A stretch of 64,000 bases of DNA from Limnochordia bacterium (GCA_050951545.1 JBMNJG010000007.1:614364-678363), one strand, 5' to 3'; counted from the first letter of the stretch, positions 30,942-40,805 are shown. Translations and numbers: made by a program. Notes: generated from the letters alone by a model not told the origin.

Positions 30942-32246
30942 ATGGTAGATCGAACTCGGTCGCGATGGTGTCTTCGAGGCAACTGGCACAAGGGTGTGCT
31001 GGCTATCGGTTTGTCGCTAGTACTGGGTGGGTCGGTCACCGTCGCCAGCGCTCCAGTCGAGATCTCGTACATGTCTTGGTATACGGGTGAAACCGATGCT
31101 CTGGAACAGACTGTGATTGCTCGGTTTAACGAACTGAACCCGGATATCCGGGTAGTCAAGATTGGCGGAGATCCGCGTCAGAAACTCTTGACGATGATCG
31201 CTGGAGGGGCCCCTCCTGATGTCTCTATAGTGAACGGAGTCACCCAACCGCATCACCTGGCGGACGTAGCGATGGATATCACCGCTCATGTCCAGCGTGC
31301 CAAGGTTGATATGAAGGCTTATCTGCCGGGCCTGGAACAGACGGTGAGTCGTAAGGGGCGTATCTACGGTCTTCCTTGGGGCTTTGGCTTTTTCAATATG
31401 ATGATTAACGTATCTATGTTTGAGAATGCCGGGCTATCTTTGCCGCAACCGAAGTGGACCCTTGACGATATGGCTAGGGCCGCTCGGTCACTGACTCGCG
31501 ATACCACTGGAGATGGACAGCCGGATGTATATGGTCTGAATCCGGGTTTCATTGATGTAGAGGAACCGCTGTTCATGGCGCACGGAGCTAGCATCGTTGA
31601 TCCTACGACGGGCCGCACAGACGTTCATGCGCCAGCCTATGTCGATGCCGTGCAGTATGTGGCAGACCTGATCAACACCGAACGTATCGCTAGCACTAAC
31701 GTTTTTGGGGCGGCGAACCGCAGGATGGCTTTTACCGCGGGCCGGTACGGGATGACTGGCGAGTGGCAGAGCGCACTCAACTGGTTTGTCGCCCAGAGGA
31801 CTCATGAGACGTTCGACTGGGCCATGGTCTACTGGCCAGTGGGCCGGGGACCGCAGACTACTTTGGGCTGGGGACACACCGTCTCTGTGATCAAAGGGAC
31901 ACCGCACCCTGATGAGGCTACCCGGTTTGTGCTGTTTTGGGCAGACTGGGAAACCGAGAGCCGCCTCGCAGATTCCGGGGTGTATCCGCAGACCTTGCGC
32001 GGCCTGCAGACAATGGTAAGGAAGCTGAACTTGCCAAGTCGCTATTCCGCTCAGCAGGTAATGGGGCCCTTGCTGAATCTTCCAGCTAGACCGTTTGTCC
32101 CGCCCTTTGAGGTGCCTGGATACGTCGAAGCGCGCGACGTGATAAGGCCAGCTCTAGTCAGCGCGGTGCAAGGTCAGGCACCTGCCAAGCAGCTTTTCGA
32201 AGAGGTGCGCGCTCGCGTCGATGCCCTGTTGAGTGGTGGCAAGTGA
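30942..32246 (+). CDS. ABC sugar-binding protein
   Basis: IAGGAPPD, YGLPW, TRDTTGDGQPD and HPDEA motifs; ATG 30942. Confidence 0.88.
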   Translation: MVDRTRSRWCLRGNWHKGVLAIGLSLVLGGSVTVASAPVEISYMSWYTGETDALEQTVIARFNELNPDIRVVKIGGDPRQKLLTMIAGGAPPDVSIVNGVTQPHHLADVAMDITAHVQRAKVDMKAYLPGLEQTVSRKGRIYGLPWGFGFFNMMINVSMFENAGLSLPQPKWTLDDMARAARSLTRDTTGDGQPDVYGLNPGFIDVEEPLFMAHGASIVDPTTGRTDVHAPAYVDAVQYVADLINTERIASTNVFGAANRRMAFTAGRYGMTGEWQSALNWFVAQRTHETFDWAMVYWPVGRGPQTTLGWGHTVSVIKGTPHPDEATRFVLFWADWETESRLADSGVYPQTLRGLQTMVRKLNLPSRYSAQQVMGPLLNLPARPFVPPFEVPGYVEARDVIRPALVSAVQGQAPAKQLFEEVRARVDALLSGGK

Positions 32247-32439
32247 TCGGAGGGGGAGGCTGGTGTCCCCAATCAAGGTAAAGACATAGAGGTAAAGACA
32301 TAATGGAAGAGCCGGCCTATGCGCCACGGATCGTAGGTTAATTGGGAACGCTAATGCGGAACCCAATTAGAGCTACACGTGAGTAGGCCGGCACTATGAA
32401 GGTAACCACATCTGTGGGATTAGAGGCACAAGGGGAGGA

Positions 32440-32620
32440 TCGTAGTTGCGGTAATGCGGGAGGGACATGAGGATTTACGAGACCTGGTGAGCGGCAGAGA
32501 AGACGCCGTTGAAGATCGTCTGCGTGCACGCCAACGTATCACACAGTTTCTACCCAAAAAGTCTAGCTCAAGAGCTCCATGGGGATTCCATCGCGTTAAG
32601 GGAAGAGACACCGAACGGTA
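32440..32620 (+). mobile_element. IS110-family transposase remnant
   Basis: Manual translation EDLRDLVSGREDAVEDRLRARQRITQFL resembles the IS110 helical segment (RDLVRAREDA...RAR.RL..FL). Confidence 0.55.
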
Positions 32621-32744
32621 GAACCCGCTTCGGTTCGTTTGTCGGCGTGGCGCCTCTAGGCGTTGACATATATGGATCGTGAGGCTGTTGCAGCCCTAGC
32701 CGTTAAGGGGATCGGACAGATAAAGGTAAAGGGGGGCGGCCCCA

Positions 32745-32933
32745 TTGAGGAAACCGACCATACTGCGTAACGAGGCCACCCAGGCGGGAAGGGATATTTG
32801 GGCTGCCGTTGACAAGGGGGCTGAGCGCGCCCCCGCATGGATAAAAGCGCGCATGGAGGTCGTCCTTGCTGAGCAACTAGGCGAACGTATGAGTGATGAG
32901 ACAACCAAATCCCGCACTATGCCGAACGCATAG
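32745..32933 (+). CDS. Small hypothetical protein (62 aa)
   Basis: TTG start after AAAGGGGGG RBS, TTGACA at about 32662, and its own terminator. Confidence 0.5.
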   Translation: MRKPTILRNEATQAGRDIWAAVDKGAERAPAWIKARMEVVLAEQLGERMSDETTKSRTMPNA

Positions 32934-32955
32934 CGTTCGGCATTGATCGCATGAG

Positions 32956-32995
32956 AAAGCCACCAGCCTCAACTCAGGGGTTTGGTGGCTTTTTT
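32956..32995 (+). terminator. Rho-independent terminator
   Basis: AAAGCCACCA...TGGTGGCTTTTTT; preceded by a second hairpin ATGCCGAACGC-ata-GCGTTCGGCAT at 32919-32943. Confidence 0.75.
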
Positions 32996-33149
32996 GTGCG
33001 CCCTTGCTGGTGTCTGACCCTCACCAGGGATGCCCCCAAAGCGAGCAAATCCCCCCATAGTAATATTTGGCGAAGAAAAACAAAGGATATATATATTCCC
33101 CTAGGTAATGTGACATATATCAGGAAAAGTCGACGGGGGGAGTCGCGGC

Positions 33150-34352
33150 ATGAAGTTGGTCTCTTTCCTGGGTACCAGTAGGTATGAACCCGCCTGTTAT
33201 GACTGGGGAGGCAAGCAGTCCGTCACACCGTTCGTACAAAGAGCCTTGGTTGATCTGTTGCCGGGGATCTCCGAAGTGATCGTATTCGCTACCGACAAAG
33301 CGTGGCAGGCCAATGGAGAAGCACTCATGGCGGCTCTGTCTGGGGGCTGCCAGCGGGAAAGGCTCGTAGACGACGATGATTTCACCCCCATCTTCGATCG
33401 CTTGAACGCCCTTCTACAGCCCGGGGATAGGCTGTCTATCGACATAACCCATTCCTATCGTTCGATTCCCGTGGCGGCCCTGCCTTTGGTCAACTACCTC
33501 GAGTTGGTCAAAGACATACCGGTGAGCGGAATCTATTACGGGCGCGTTACCCTTCAAGAGGAAAAGCCCCTTCCAGGGCGTATCGTCGACCTTTCGAGCA
33601 TCCTCTACGTGGAACGATGGACGCTAGCCGTGGCCGCTTTTCTGCGCTACGGCAAGGGCGACCAATTGGTTCAGATCCTGGATGAAGAGGTCGAGCGGCA
33701 GTTTAAGGAGCGAGCGGGGTCGAGGCCTCACACGATGGGTCAGTTGCGCTCCCGCCTAGAAAGACTTGGTCAGCAACTGAACACGAACCGATTAGTCGGC
33801 GTCTCAAGGGAAGCCGAAAAGCTTCATGAGCTCCTCGCCAGTGCGGACCTGCAACGGGAGGCTAGCGGTTCGCTGCAACTACTTCTGCCGCTTATAGACC
33901 GCCTAGCAGATGATGCCGCCATTTTCTCTGAGACGGGGTCCTCACCGCGATCACAGTTGCGTCTGGCCCGTTGGCATCTCGATCACCACGATCCTGTAAG
34001 TGCCGCCCTAGTGGCCAGGGAGGCGGTAGTGACGCAACTCATGGAGGCCAACGACGCTGGTGACTTGCTCATGAACACCGAGGCGCGCGAGAAGATGGGG
34101 GCCCGCGTGGGGCAGGAACTCCCCAAGGCACATCCCGTCTACACGGTATTCGGCGAGCTACGCGAGATCCGCAACAGCCTGGCCCACTGCGGAATGCGCG
34201 GGTCTAAAGAAGAGCAGCGGCTCATCGACACGGACATTGATCCCAGAAAGATACCTGAAAGGCTCCAGTCTCTGATCGACCAGCTAGAAAGCATGCTCGA
34301 CCAGTCTCTCTGGAGGTTTGATAAGCAGATTCCAACGCCTAGCGACGACTGA
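33150..34352 (+). CDS. csx1: CRISPR-associated CARF-HEPN ribonuclease (Csx1/TM1812-type)
   Basis: SFLGTSRY and IDITHSYRSIP (DxTHG-like) CARF motifs; HEPN RNSLAH (RxxxxH); first gene of the cmr operon. Confidence 0.88.
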   Translation: MKLVSFLGTSRYEPACYDWGGKQSVTPFVQRALVDLLPGISEVIVFATDKAWQANGEALMAALSGGCQRERLVDDDDFTPIFDRLNALLQPGDRLSIDITHSYRSIPVAALPLVNYLELVKDIPVSGIYYGRVTLQEEKPLPGRIVDLSSILYVERWTLAVAAFLRYGKGDQLVQILDEEVERQFKERAGSRPHTMGQLRSRLERLGQQLNTNRLVGVSREAEKLHELLASADLQREASGSLQLLLPLIDRLADDAAIFSETGSSPRSQLRLARWHLDHHDPVSAALVAREAVVTQLMEANDAGDLLMNTEAREKMGARVGQELPKAHPVYTVFGELREIRNSLAHCGMRGSKEEQRLIDTDIDPRKIPERLQSLIDQLESMLDQSLWRFDKQIPTPSDD

Positions 34353-34391
34353 TGGAGGGAGGGTTGGCGCAACGGTGGTTGCGCCAGGACC

Positions 34392-35558
34392 ATGCGCAAA
34401 ATTCCCAACTGCCCAGCAAGACCTGCTATTCGTCGGCGCCCCGGTTGGGTGCGCAAAGAGCTGAGGCTAGAGACGATCACCCCAATGCTGGGGGCGGGTA
34501 CCAAACCCCTACACCTGGATAGGCAGTCCTACGTGCGCGGTGGCACAATCCGCGGGCTTCTTCGTTACTGGTGGCGAGCCTGTCAGTTTGATGTGGATTT
34601 CACGGAACTCATCCAGCGCGAAACAGAGCTTTTCGGTGCGGCAAGTACGCCCGGCCGTCTTTCCATCACCTTGGGGGAGATAGAGGCGAAGCGTACTCGT
34701 AACGGAACCAGATTCCCAAACTATGTGCGGTTTCCCTTTATGGGCCCGGGTGGAGCGGATATCCAAAGCCAAAGCATTATGGTCACATTTACCCTGCGCC
34801 TGGAGTACCCCGCAGAGTATGAGCCGCAATTGGACAATGCCCTGTGGGCATGGGCCAACTTCGGGGGTATCGGTATGCGCACTAGGCGGGGAGCCGGGGC
34901 GCTGTTGGTGCGGGAGTACGCACCAGCGGACTGCGATGCGCTGGACGAGCGTCTTAGGACCCTTTGTGGCAACCACCATCAGCGTGAGCGTTCCTGGTCG
35001 GTACTGAGTTCCCGTCTACGTTGCGGACCCAAAGCGACTGATGCTATGGCCGCCTGGGGGGCCGCTCTTGAGAAACTTTCCAGATTCCGCCAGATCCCCA
35101 TTGGGCGCCCTCGCATGCTAAGTCGTTCCAGATGGCCCGAAGCAGATAGTATACGCCGCATCACGCGGAGGGCGGCAGCCCGCCACCGCGAAAGCATCAC
35201 AGGGAGCAACAATGCGTTTCCCCGCGCAGAGCTAGGCTTGCCGCTGATCATCAGGTTCAAAGATAGGGGCGAGCCTGGCCCAGTTACCCTGGTCCCTGTT
35301 GAGGGGGGCCGTAGGCCGAGCCCTGTCATTCTCAGACCCTTACAGCTGCAGGATGGGAGTGTGGTACCCATGGCCCTGATCATGAACACACCTCCACTGA
35401 AGGGGGTGCGCCTAGATCCCCTGGGCAAGTCCTACGGCGGCAAGCATCTCCGTGGTCATGGAGTGCGCGGCTATTTGGATTCCCCACTCGACAGATATGG
35501 AAAAGACAACGCAGTCGACGCGTTCGAAGAGATGCTCGGAAGGGAGTGGAACCGCTGA
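34392..35558 (+). CDS. cmr1: Type III-B RAMP Cmr1
   Basis: ITPMLGAG, IRGLLRYWWRA, FGGIGMRTRRGAG and FPRAELGLP motifs. Confidence 0.92.
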   Translation: MRKIPNCPARPAIRRRPGWVRKELRLETITPMLGAGTKPLHLDRQSYVRGGTIRGLLRYWWRACQFDVDFTELIQRETELFGAASTPGRLSITLGEIEAKRTRNGTRFPNYVRFPFMGPGGADIQSQSIMVTFTLRLEYPAEYEPQLDNALWAWANFGGIGMRTRRGAGALLVREYAPADCDALDERLRTLCGNHHQRERSWSVLSSRLRCGPKATDAMAAWGAALEKLSRFRQIPIGRPRMLSRSRWPEADSIRRITRRAAARHRESITGSNNAFPRAELGLPLIIRFKDRGEPGPVTLVPVEGGRRPSPVILRPLQLQDGSVVPMALIMNTPPLKGVRLDPLGKSYGGKHLRGHGVRGYLDSPLDRYGKDNAVDAFEEMLGREWNR

Positions 35559-37237
35559 TGGGGGCGTACTGGCTAAGCATTAGCATCGGCCCAGTGCAGG
35601 GATTTATCGCGGCGGCCAGGCGCACCCGCGATCTGTGGTATGGTTCGTGGCTTCTGTCAGAGATAAGCAAGGCCGCAGCCCTTGATCTACATGAACAGGG
35701 AGTACGCATCGTGCTACCTGGGGTGGAGTCGGCCGCCGAGCTACAGCCCGATAGTGACCTCAATGTCACAAACAAGATACTGGCCCACGTTCCTGACCCA
35801 CTAGACCCGGCACAGGTTTTTGCGTCAGCCGAGCGGGCAGCGTGGGCTCGTCTGCGCAGCGAAGCTGGCCAAGTGCTAGGAGATATCGCGGTTTTCATTA
35901 ACAAAGGGCGTTGGGAAAACCAGATCGATGACTTCCTGGAGATCTATGGAGCCTGGGTCCCCGATGAGGGCTACGATAGCAGACGTGCCGTGGAGCAGTT
36001 GCTCAACGGTCGAAAGGCGCTGCGTGATTTCGGTCCCGGCCATGGGGCGGCGCTGGTGCCTAAGTCGTCGCTGGATGCCATGCGGGAAAGCGTGTTGCGC
36101 CACCGGCAGCCGCTCTCCGAAGATAGCCTGCGGCGCCTTGATCTGCGGGCCTCCGAGCAGTTAGATGCGATAGGATTCATCAAGCGGCTGGGACAAGGGC
36201 GCAGACAGTACCCATCGATCGGTCGGATTGCTGCGGACCCTTGGTTACGCCGTCTAGCCAAGGGTGAACCGGAGGAGCAAAGGACGCTGGCCGACCTGAA
36301 GGCACTGGCCGCCCGGTTGCAGGACCTCCCCTGCCTCAGTGCGCCGCAGTTCGCCCATTTCCCGTTTGATTCCAGCATCTGCTATCCCTCTCGGCTTGCG
36401 GACGCCCTTCCGGCACCGGAGCATGGCGAGCTTCGCAAGCAGATTAAGGGGCTGGTGAAGCGGGGCCCCTCACCCTATATGACCGTTCTCACCGCAGACG
36501 GGGATCACATGGGGGCACTTATCGATAGCCTGCAGACTATGGAAGAGGTGCAGGCACTCTCGCAAGAACTCTCTCGCTTCGCCGAGAAGTCCAAGGGCAT
36601 CGTGGCCGAGCACTACGGGGCTCTCGTTTACGCTGGTGGTGACGACGTGCTTGCCTTGCTACCGCTCGACCAGGCGGTGGCCGCAGCCCGCAGACTGCAT
36701 GACGTATACTCCGATATCCTCACGCCTGTGGCGGGTGGAGCGAATCCTACCCTGTCGGTGGGGATAGCGGTCAACCATTACCTCGAACCTCTCACCGACA
36801 TCCTGACTCGTACGAGAGAGACTGGCCAGTTTGCCAAGGAGCCCGACCGCAACGGCCTGGCCATCTGCTTGCAGAAGAGGGCTGGCGGGGATGCCTTGCT
36901 GGTTCGCTACCGGTGGGACGATGACCCCGACGAACGGCTCGCCAAGTGGATAGCCCTTCTTGAGTCAGACGATGTGCCCATGGGGGCCGCTTATGAGCTA
37001 CATATGCTCTCCAGCCGCTATCCGAAGGGTGACGACGCGTGGGTCTATCAGGCGCTGCGAGCCGATGCCGAAAGGGTACTCAAGCGAAAGGAAATACAAG
37101 ACGCGGCTTCTTTGGCCCGGGCCATGGAGCTCCTCTTCGACGACGCGCACACTGCGGACGATTTCACACACAATGTACGGATGATGCTGTTGGCTGTGCA
37201 GTTGGTGCAGATGAGCCGCGCTGACGATAGCGAGTGA
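35546..37237 (+). CDS. cas10: Type III-B Cas10/Cmr2, lacking the HD domain
   Basis: IGPVQGFIAAARRTRDLWYGSWLLS N-terminus, ADGDHMG and YAGGDD palm motifs; 563 aa. Confidence 0.93.
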   Translation: MEPLMGAYWLSISIGPVQGFIAAARRTRDLWYGSWLLSEISKAAALDLHEQGVRIVLPGVESAAELQPDSDLNVTNKILAHVPDPLDPAQVFASAERAAWARLRSEAGQVLGDIAVFINKGRWENQIDDFLEIYGAWVPDEGYDSRRAVEQLLNGRKALRDFGPGHGAALVPKSSLDAMRESVLRHRQPLSEDSLRRLDLRASEQLDAIGFIKRLGQGRRQYPSIGRIAADPWLRRLAKGEPEEQRTLADLKALAARLQDLPCLSAPQFAHFPFDSSICYPSRLADALPAPEHGELRKQIKGLVKRGPSPYMTVLTADGDHMGALIDSLQTMEEVQALSQELSRFAEKSKGIVAEHYGALVYAGGDDVLALLPLDQAVAAARRLHDVYSDILTPVAGGANPTLSVGIAVNHYLEPLTDILTRTRETGQFAKEPDRNGLAICLQKRAGGDALLVRYRWDDDPDERLAKWIALLESDDVPMGAAYELHMLSSRYPKGDDAWVYQALRADAERVLKRKEIQDAASLARAMELLFDDAHTADDFTHNVRMMLLAVQLVQMSRADDSE

Positions 37238-37238
37238 G

Positions 37239-38387
37239 GTGATATGGGTGCTACCGATAACCATATATCCCCGTGACCCCCTGGTGGCTCGCGACGGGCG
37301 GCCCTACGGTCGCGGGGCGGGAAATCGCATGTACTGCCTACCATGGCCCTACCCATCCGTGGTGGCTGGTTCGTTGCGTACCATGCTGGGGAAGGAAATA
37401 GCGGGTAGGCGAGATGCTTTTGCCGATCAGGTTTTTGTCGACAAACTCAAGGAGATTCGGGTGCGAGGCCCGCTACCGTTGTACGACGACCAGTTGTACT
37501 TCCCCCGGCCTCGCAACTTTCTCCGGGCGCGTGAGAAAGAGAAAAGGGAGTACACGGTAGAAAGACTTGAACCCCGGCCGCCCGGCCCCGGATGTGGGTT
37601 GAACCTACCGGGTTTGTGGCCTCTGACGGCTGAACTGCGGGACAAGCCCGATCTTGGGGAAGCCCTGTGGCCCGCGGATATGCTATACGCTTGGCTACTT
37701 CGTGAGGACCCTTTCGTCTTCGATGCGGATCAGGCCATTGCGTACCCCAGCATGGAGGAACGGGTCCACGTAGAGATCGATCGCGACAAACGCGTGGCTG
37801 TTGACGGCGCTTTATTCACCACTCAGGGCCTTGACTTCACCTGGGGCGCTGATCGGGCCTTGGCCATTCGGGCTACGCTACCGGATCTTGAGTGGGTCAA
37901 GATGTGGGGTACTAGGGATTTGGTGCATCCGGCAGGTGGTGAAAGGCGGTTGGCAGTATGGAAACCGCGCCAAGACGACGGCAACCAATGGGCGATGCCG
38001 AGTGACTTGGCGAAGCACTTGGCCGGAGCACAGCGTGTCTGCATGTATGTGGCGACGCCAGCCGTTTTTGCGGGCGGATGGCGCCCCGGATGGCTCGATC
38101 CCGACGACTTCACAGGCCTAGTCCCCGACACTGGCCTAGAGGTGCGGCTGAGGGGGGCTGCCGTGGGGCGTTGGCAACCCGTATCCGGGTGGAGCTATGA
38201 ACAGCGCGGGCCGAAGCCCATTCGTAGATTGGTTCCGGCGGGGAGTGTCTACTTCTTTGATGTGCTAAGCGGCGACCCGGCCGAGCTCAGTGGACTGTGG
38301 TTACAGTCGCTATCAGATGATGAGGGCGATGCCCAGGACGGCTTCGGCCTTGTTTGTTGGGGCGTATGGGGAGAGCAAAACGCCTAG
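37239..38387 (+). CDS. cmr3: Type III-B Cmr3
   Basis: PRDPLVARDGRP, PYPSVVAGSLRT, GGERR, VPAGSVYF and GFGL motifs. Confidence 0.92.
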   Translation: MIWVLPITIYPRDPLVARDGRPYGRGAGNRMYCLPWPYPSVVAGSLRTMLGKEIAGRRDAFADQVFVDKLKEIRVRGPLPLYDDQLYFPRPRNFLRAREKEKREYTVERLEPRPPGPGCGLNLPGLWPLTAELRDKPDLGEALWPADMLYAWLLREDPFVFDADQAIAYPSMEERVHVEIDRDKRVAVDGALFTTQGLDFTWGADRALAIRATLPDLEWVKMWGTRDLVHPAGGERRLAVWKPRQDDGNQWAMPSDLAKHLAGAQRVCMYVATPAVFAGGWRPGWLDPDDFTGLVPDTGLEVRLRGAAVGRWQPVSGWSYEQRGPKPIRRLVPAGSVYFFDVLSGDPAELSGLWLQSLSDDEGDAQDGFGLVCWGVWGEQNA

Positions 38388-38422
38388 GCGATACCGACTG
38401 CCAACAGAGGGGTGGAGATGAG

Positions 38423-39310
38423 ATGAGCAGTTACGCCAAGCTATACTGGATCCATGCACTGACGCCGCTGCATGTGGGAGCGGGGCAGGGTCTGGGTTTC
38501 GTGGACCTTCCGATCATGCGAGAAAAGGCGACCGGTTGGCCCCTAGTGCCGGGAAGCGGAGTCAAAGGGGCCTGGAGAACGCTTGTGGCTGCAGGTGAGC
38601 ACAGGAAGCTCGAGGATGTGATCTTTGGGGTGCCAGGGGAGAGTGAGGGTCATGCTGGCTCAGTGGTCATGGGTGATGCCAATCTGGCCTTCCTCCCAGT
38701 GCGCAGTCTTTACGGCACTTTTGCCTATGTGACCACGCCATTGGTACTGCGGCGCATACAGCGTGATACCGAGTTTGCCGCTCCGGACAGACTAACGCTT
38801 CCATCCCTGCAACTCCGCGCCAACGGGGCCCTAGCCGCCCAGGGTAGCAGCCTGGTGAGAGCTGATAAGGTGTATCTTGAGGACCTAGACCTTGACACCA
38901 GGACTTCAGAGGGGGTCACTAACCTAGCTAACCAGCTTTCCTCGTGGATCTTTCCTGCTGATGCCGAGTGGCAGCGACTTTTCCGCGAGCGCTTCCTGGT
39001 GGTGCCCGAAAACGTTTTCAACTACCTGACGAGGTATGGCACGGAGGTAGTAGCTCGCGTACGATTGGAGGATGGTAGCAAGACGGTCGCTACAGGGGCC
39101 CTATGGTATGAAGAGAGCCTTCCCGCCGAGAGCATCTTGATGGGAGTTTTGTGGTGCGATCGTGTTGTGGGCAGGCAAGGCGCAGAACTGACTTCGGAGC
39201 AGCTGCTTAACACTGTGTTCCAGGGTGAATGGTCAGCTCAACTTGGAGGTAACCAGACCATTGGTTTGGGTAGGGTGCGCTGCGTCTTTGGGGAAGGTCG
39301 GGAGGTGTGA
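38423..39310 (+). CDS. cmr4: Type III-B Cmr4 (backbone RNase)
   Basis: LTPLHVGAG..VDLPIMRE, PGSGVKG, ALWYEESLP and LGGNQTIGLG motifs; start re-called at ATG 38423. Confidence 0.93.
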   Translation: MSSYAKLYWIHALTPLHVGAGQGLGFVDLPIMREKATGWPLVPGSGVKGAWRTLVAAGEHRKLEDVIFGVPGESEGHAGSVVMGDANLAFLPVRSLYGTFAYVTTPLVLRRIQRDTEFAAPDRLTLPSLQLRANGALAAQGSSLVRADKVYLEDLDLDTRTSEGVTNLANQLSSWIFPADAEWQRLFRERFLVVPENVFNYLTRYGTEVVARVRLEDGSKTVATGALWYEESLPAESILMGVLWCDRVVGRQGAELTSEQLLNTVFQGEWSAQLGGNQTIGLGRVRCVFGEGREV

Positions 39311-39693
39311 TTGTGAGGGAGCACATTTTGGCTGAGGGGGCCTTTCGGGCTGTGCAGGCTGCAGTGGATGCCAGAGAGAGTGAGCGAGAGCAGTACCTGC
39401 GCGCCGCTGAGGGATTTCCATCTCTGGTGCATACCAACGGCCTAGCCCAAGCTACGTCCTTTTTCATTATCGCCAAAGAGGGCCGCCCGCGTTACCTGGG
39501 CGATGTGGCCACCGTGTTGGGCATAGCGAACGCGCAGCAGCTGCACCAGCGAGCCCGCACGTGTGACGTGGAGGAGTATATGCATCTGACGCGCGAGGTG
39601 ATGATGGCCGCTGGCTGGCTTAAGCGCTATGCGCAGGCCCTCCTGAAACAGGTGGGCGCCGCCGCCGTGAGGGAGGGGGATAGAGGTGAGTAG
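39307..39693 (+). CDS. cmr5: Type III-B Cmr5 (Cas11)
   Basis: FPSLVHTNGLAQA and YMHLTRE..WLKRYAQA motifs; operon position. Confidence 0.9.
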   Translation: MIVREHILAEGAFRAVQAAVDARESEREQYLRAAEGFPSLVHTNGLAQATSFFIIAKEGRPRYLGDVATVLGIANAQQLHQRARTCDVEEYMHLTREVMMAAGWLKRYAQALLKQVGAAAVREGDRGE

Positions 39694-40798
39694 GCGAGAC
39701 GCATTGGCTCGGGCAGACATGCATGGGGCGAGCAACCCTGGGCTCGTGATGGACCGGTACGCCGATCTGCAGGAGAATGACCCAGACCTTCGTGCCTGTT
39801 CCCTACGTAATGCCGTTAGTGCCACACGTAATCTACAGGCATTGTATGAGCAGGCGTTCGCCCGCTGGGAGCAGAGGCTGGGAGATGCCAAGACAGCAGT
39901 GGCGGGGACAGGTCGTGGCCGGGTACTTATCGGTAGCGGGCAGACGGTGTATGAGACCAGTCTGCGCCTTCACGGTACCTATGGGTTTCCGTTCATCCCG
40001 GGTTCGGCTCTCAAAGGCCTGGCTTCATCGTACGCCGCCACTGTGTGGGGATGCTCCGAGCACGGCGAGGAGCAGTTCTCGCTTACAGGGAGTGCCTACC
40101 GGTGTCTGTTTGGCACACAAGATACGCAGGGACTGATCGTCTTTCACGACGCTTGGCTAGAGCCAGCTTCGCTACCCGAGGCCATGCAGATGGATGTTTT
40201 GACCGTGCACTACCCCGAGTATTACAGAGGAAACGCCGCCCAACGCCATGACATGGAGAGTGAGGATCCGATCCCTGTGTCCTATGTGAGCGTACAGGGG
40301 CGTTTTCTGGTGGCTGTTTCACCAGTCGTCAACGAGGAAGTAGCTCAGCCATGGGTCCAGCTTGCCTTGGACCTTCTGTTGGAAGCTCTGGCAGAGTGGG
40401 GCGTGGGGGCGAAGACGAGTGCGGGCTATGGACGGCTCTATGACGGGGTGACGTGGGAGCCTCCGAAGGTGTTGCCAGAAGAGGTCGCTGTCGCTGGGCT
40501 GTCACCCACTGACGAGCACCGCGAGGAAGAGGCAGAAGGGGCCGCAGCCCCTCCGCCGGCACTAGCTGTTGGTGTGTACCGCGAGGGACAGATAGTGCGA
40601 GCGCGCCGTATTGAGGTAACGGGTCGCAGGGGCAGGGGGCGGCAGACATACGAGATCCTCGGAGATACCGAAAACAGGGGTATTGTAGCCGGGCTAGAGA
40701 ACGACGTAGAGATTGGTCAGGAACGTGAATTACGTGTTGTGAGCTTCGAGCCAAGAGATCGGTTCGTCAGGCTGGCACCCTTGGAAGAGGGAGAGTGA
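39686..40798 (+). CDS. cmr6: Type III-B Cmr6 with C-terminal OB/S1-like extension
   Basis: YGFPFIPGSALKG, DVLTVHY..YY, DPIP and GVGAKTSAGYG motifs. Confidence 0.92.
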   Translation: MSRRDALARADMHGASNPGLVMDRYADLQENDPDLRACSLRNAVSATRNLQALYEQAFARWEQRLGDAKTAVAGTGRGRVLIGSGQTVYETSLRLHGTYGFPFIPGSALKGLASSYAATVWGCSEHGEEQFSLTGSAYRCLFGTQDTQGLIVFHDAWLEPASLPEAMQMDVLTVHYPEYYRGNAAQRHDMESEDPIPVSYVSVQGRFLVAVSPVVNEEVAQPWVQLALDLLLEALAEWGVGAKTSAGYGRLYDGVTWEPPKVLPEEVAVAGLSPTDEHREEEAEGAAAPPPALAVGVYREGQIVRARRIEVTGRRGRGRQTYEILGDTENRGIVAGLENDVEIGQERELRVVSFEPRDRFVRLAPLEEGE

Positions 40799-40805
40799 GC
40801 AAACG

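Noticed and set aside
32246-33150. Possible CRISPR array or leader upstream of csx1
   Set aside because: There is an AT-rich stretch but no repeated 25-40-bp units; the other intergenic regions I scanned also lack repeat-spacer structure.
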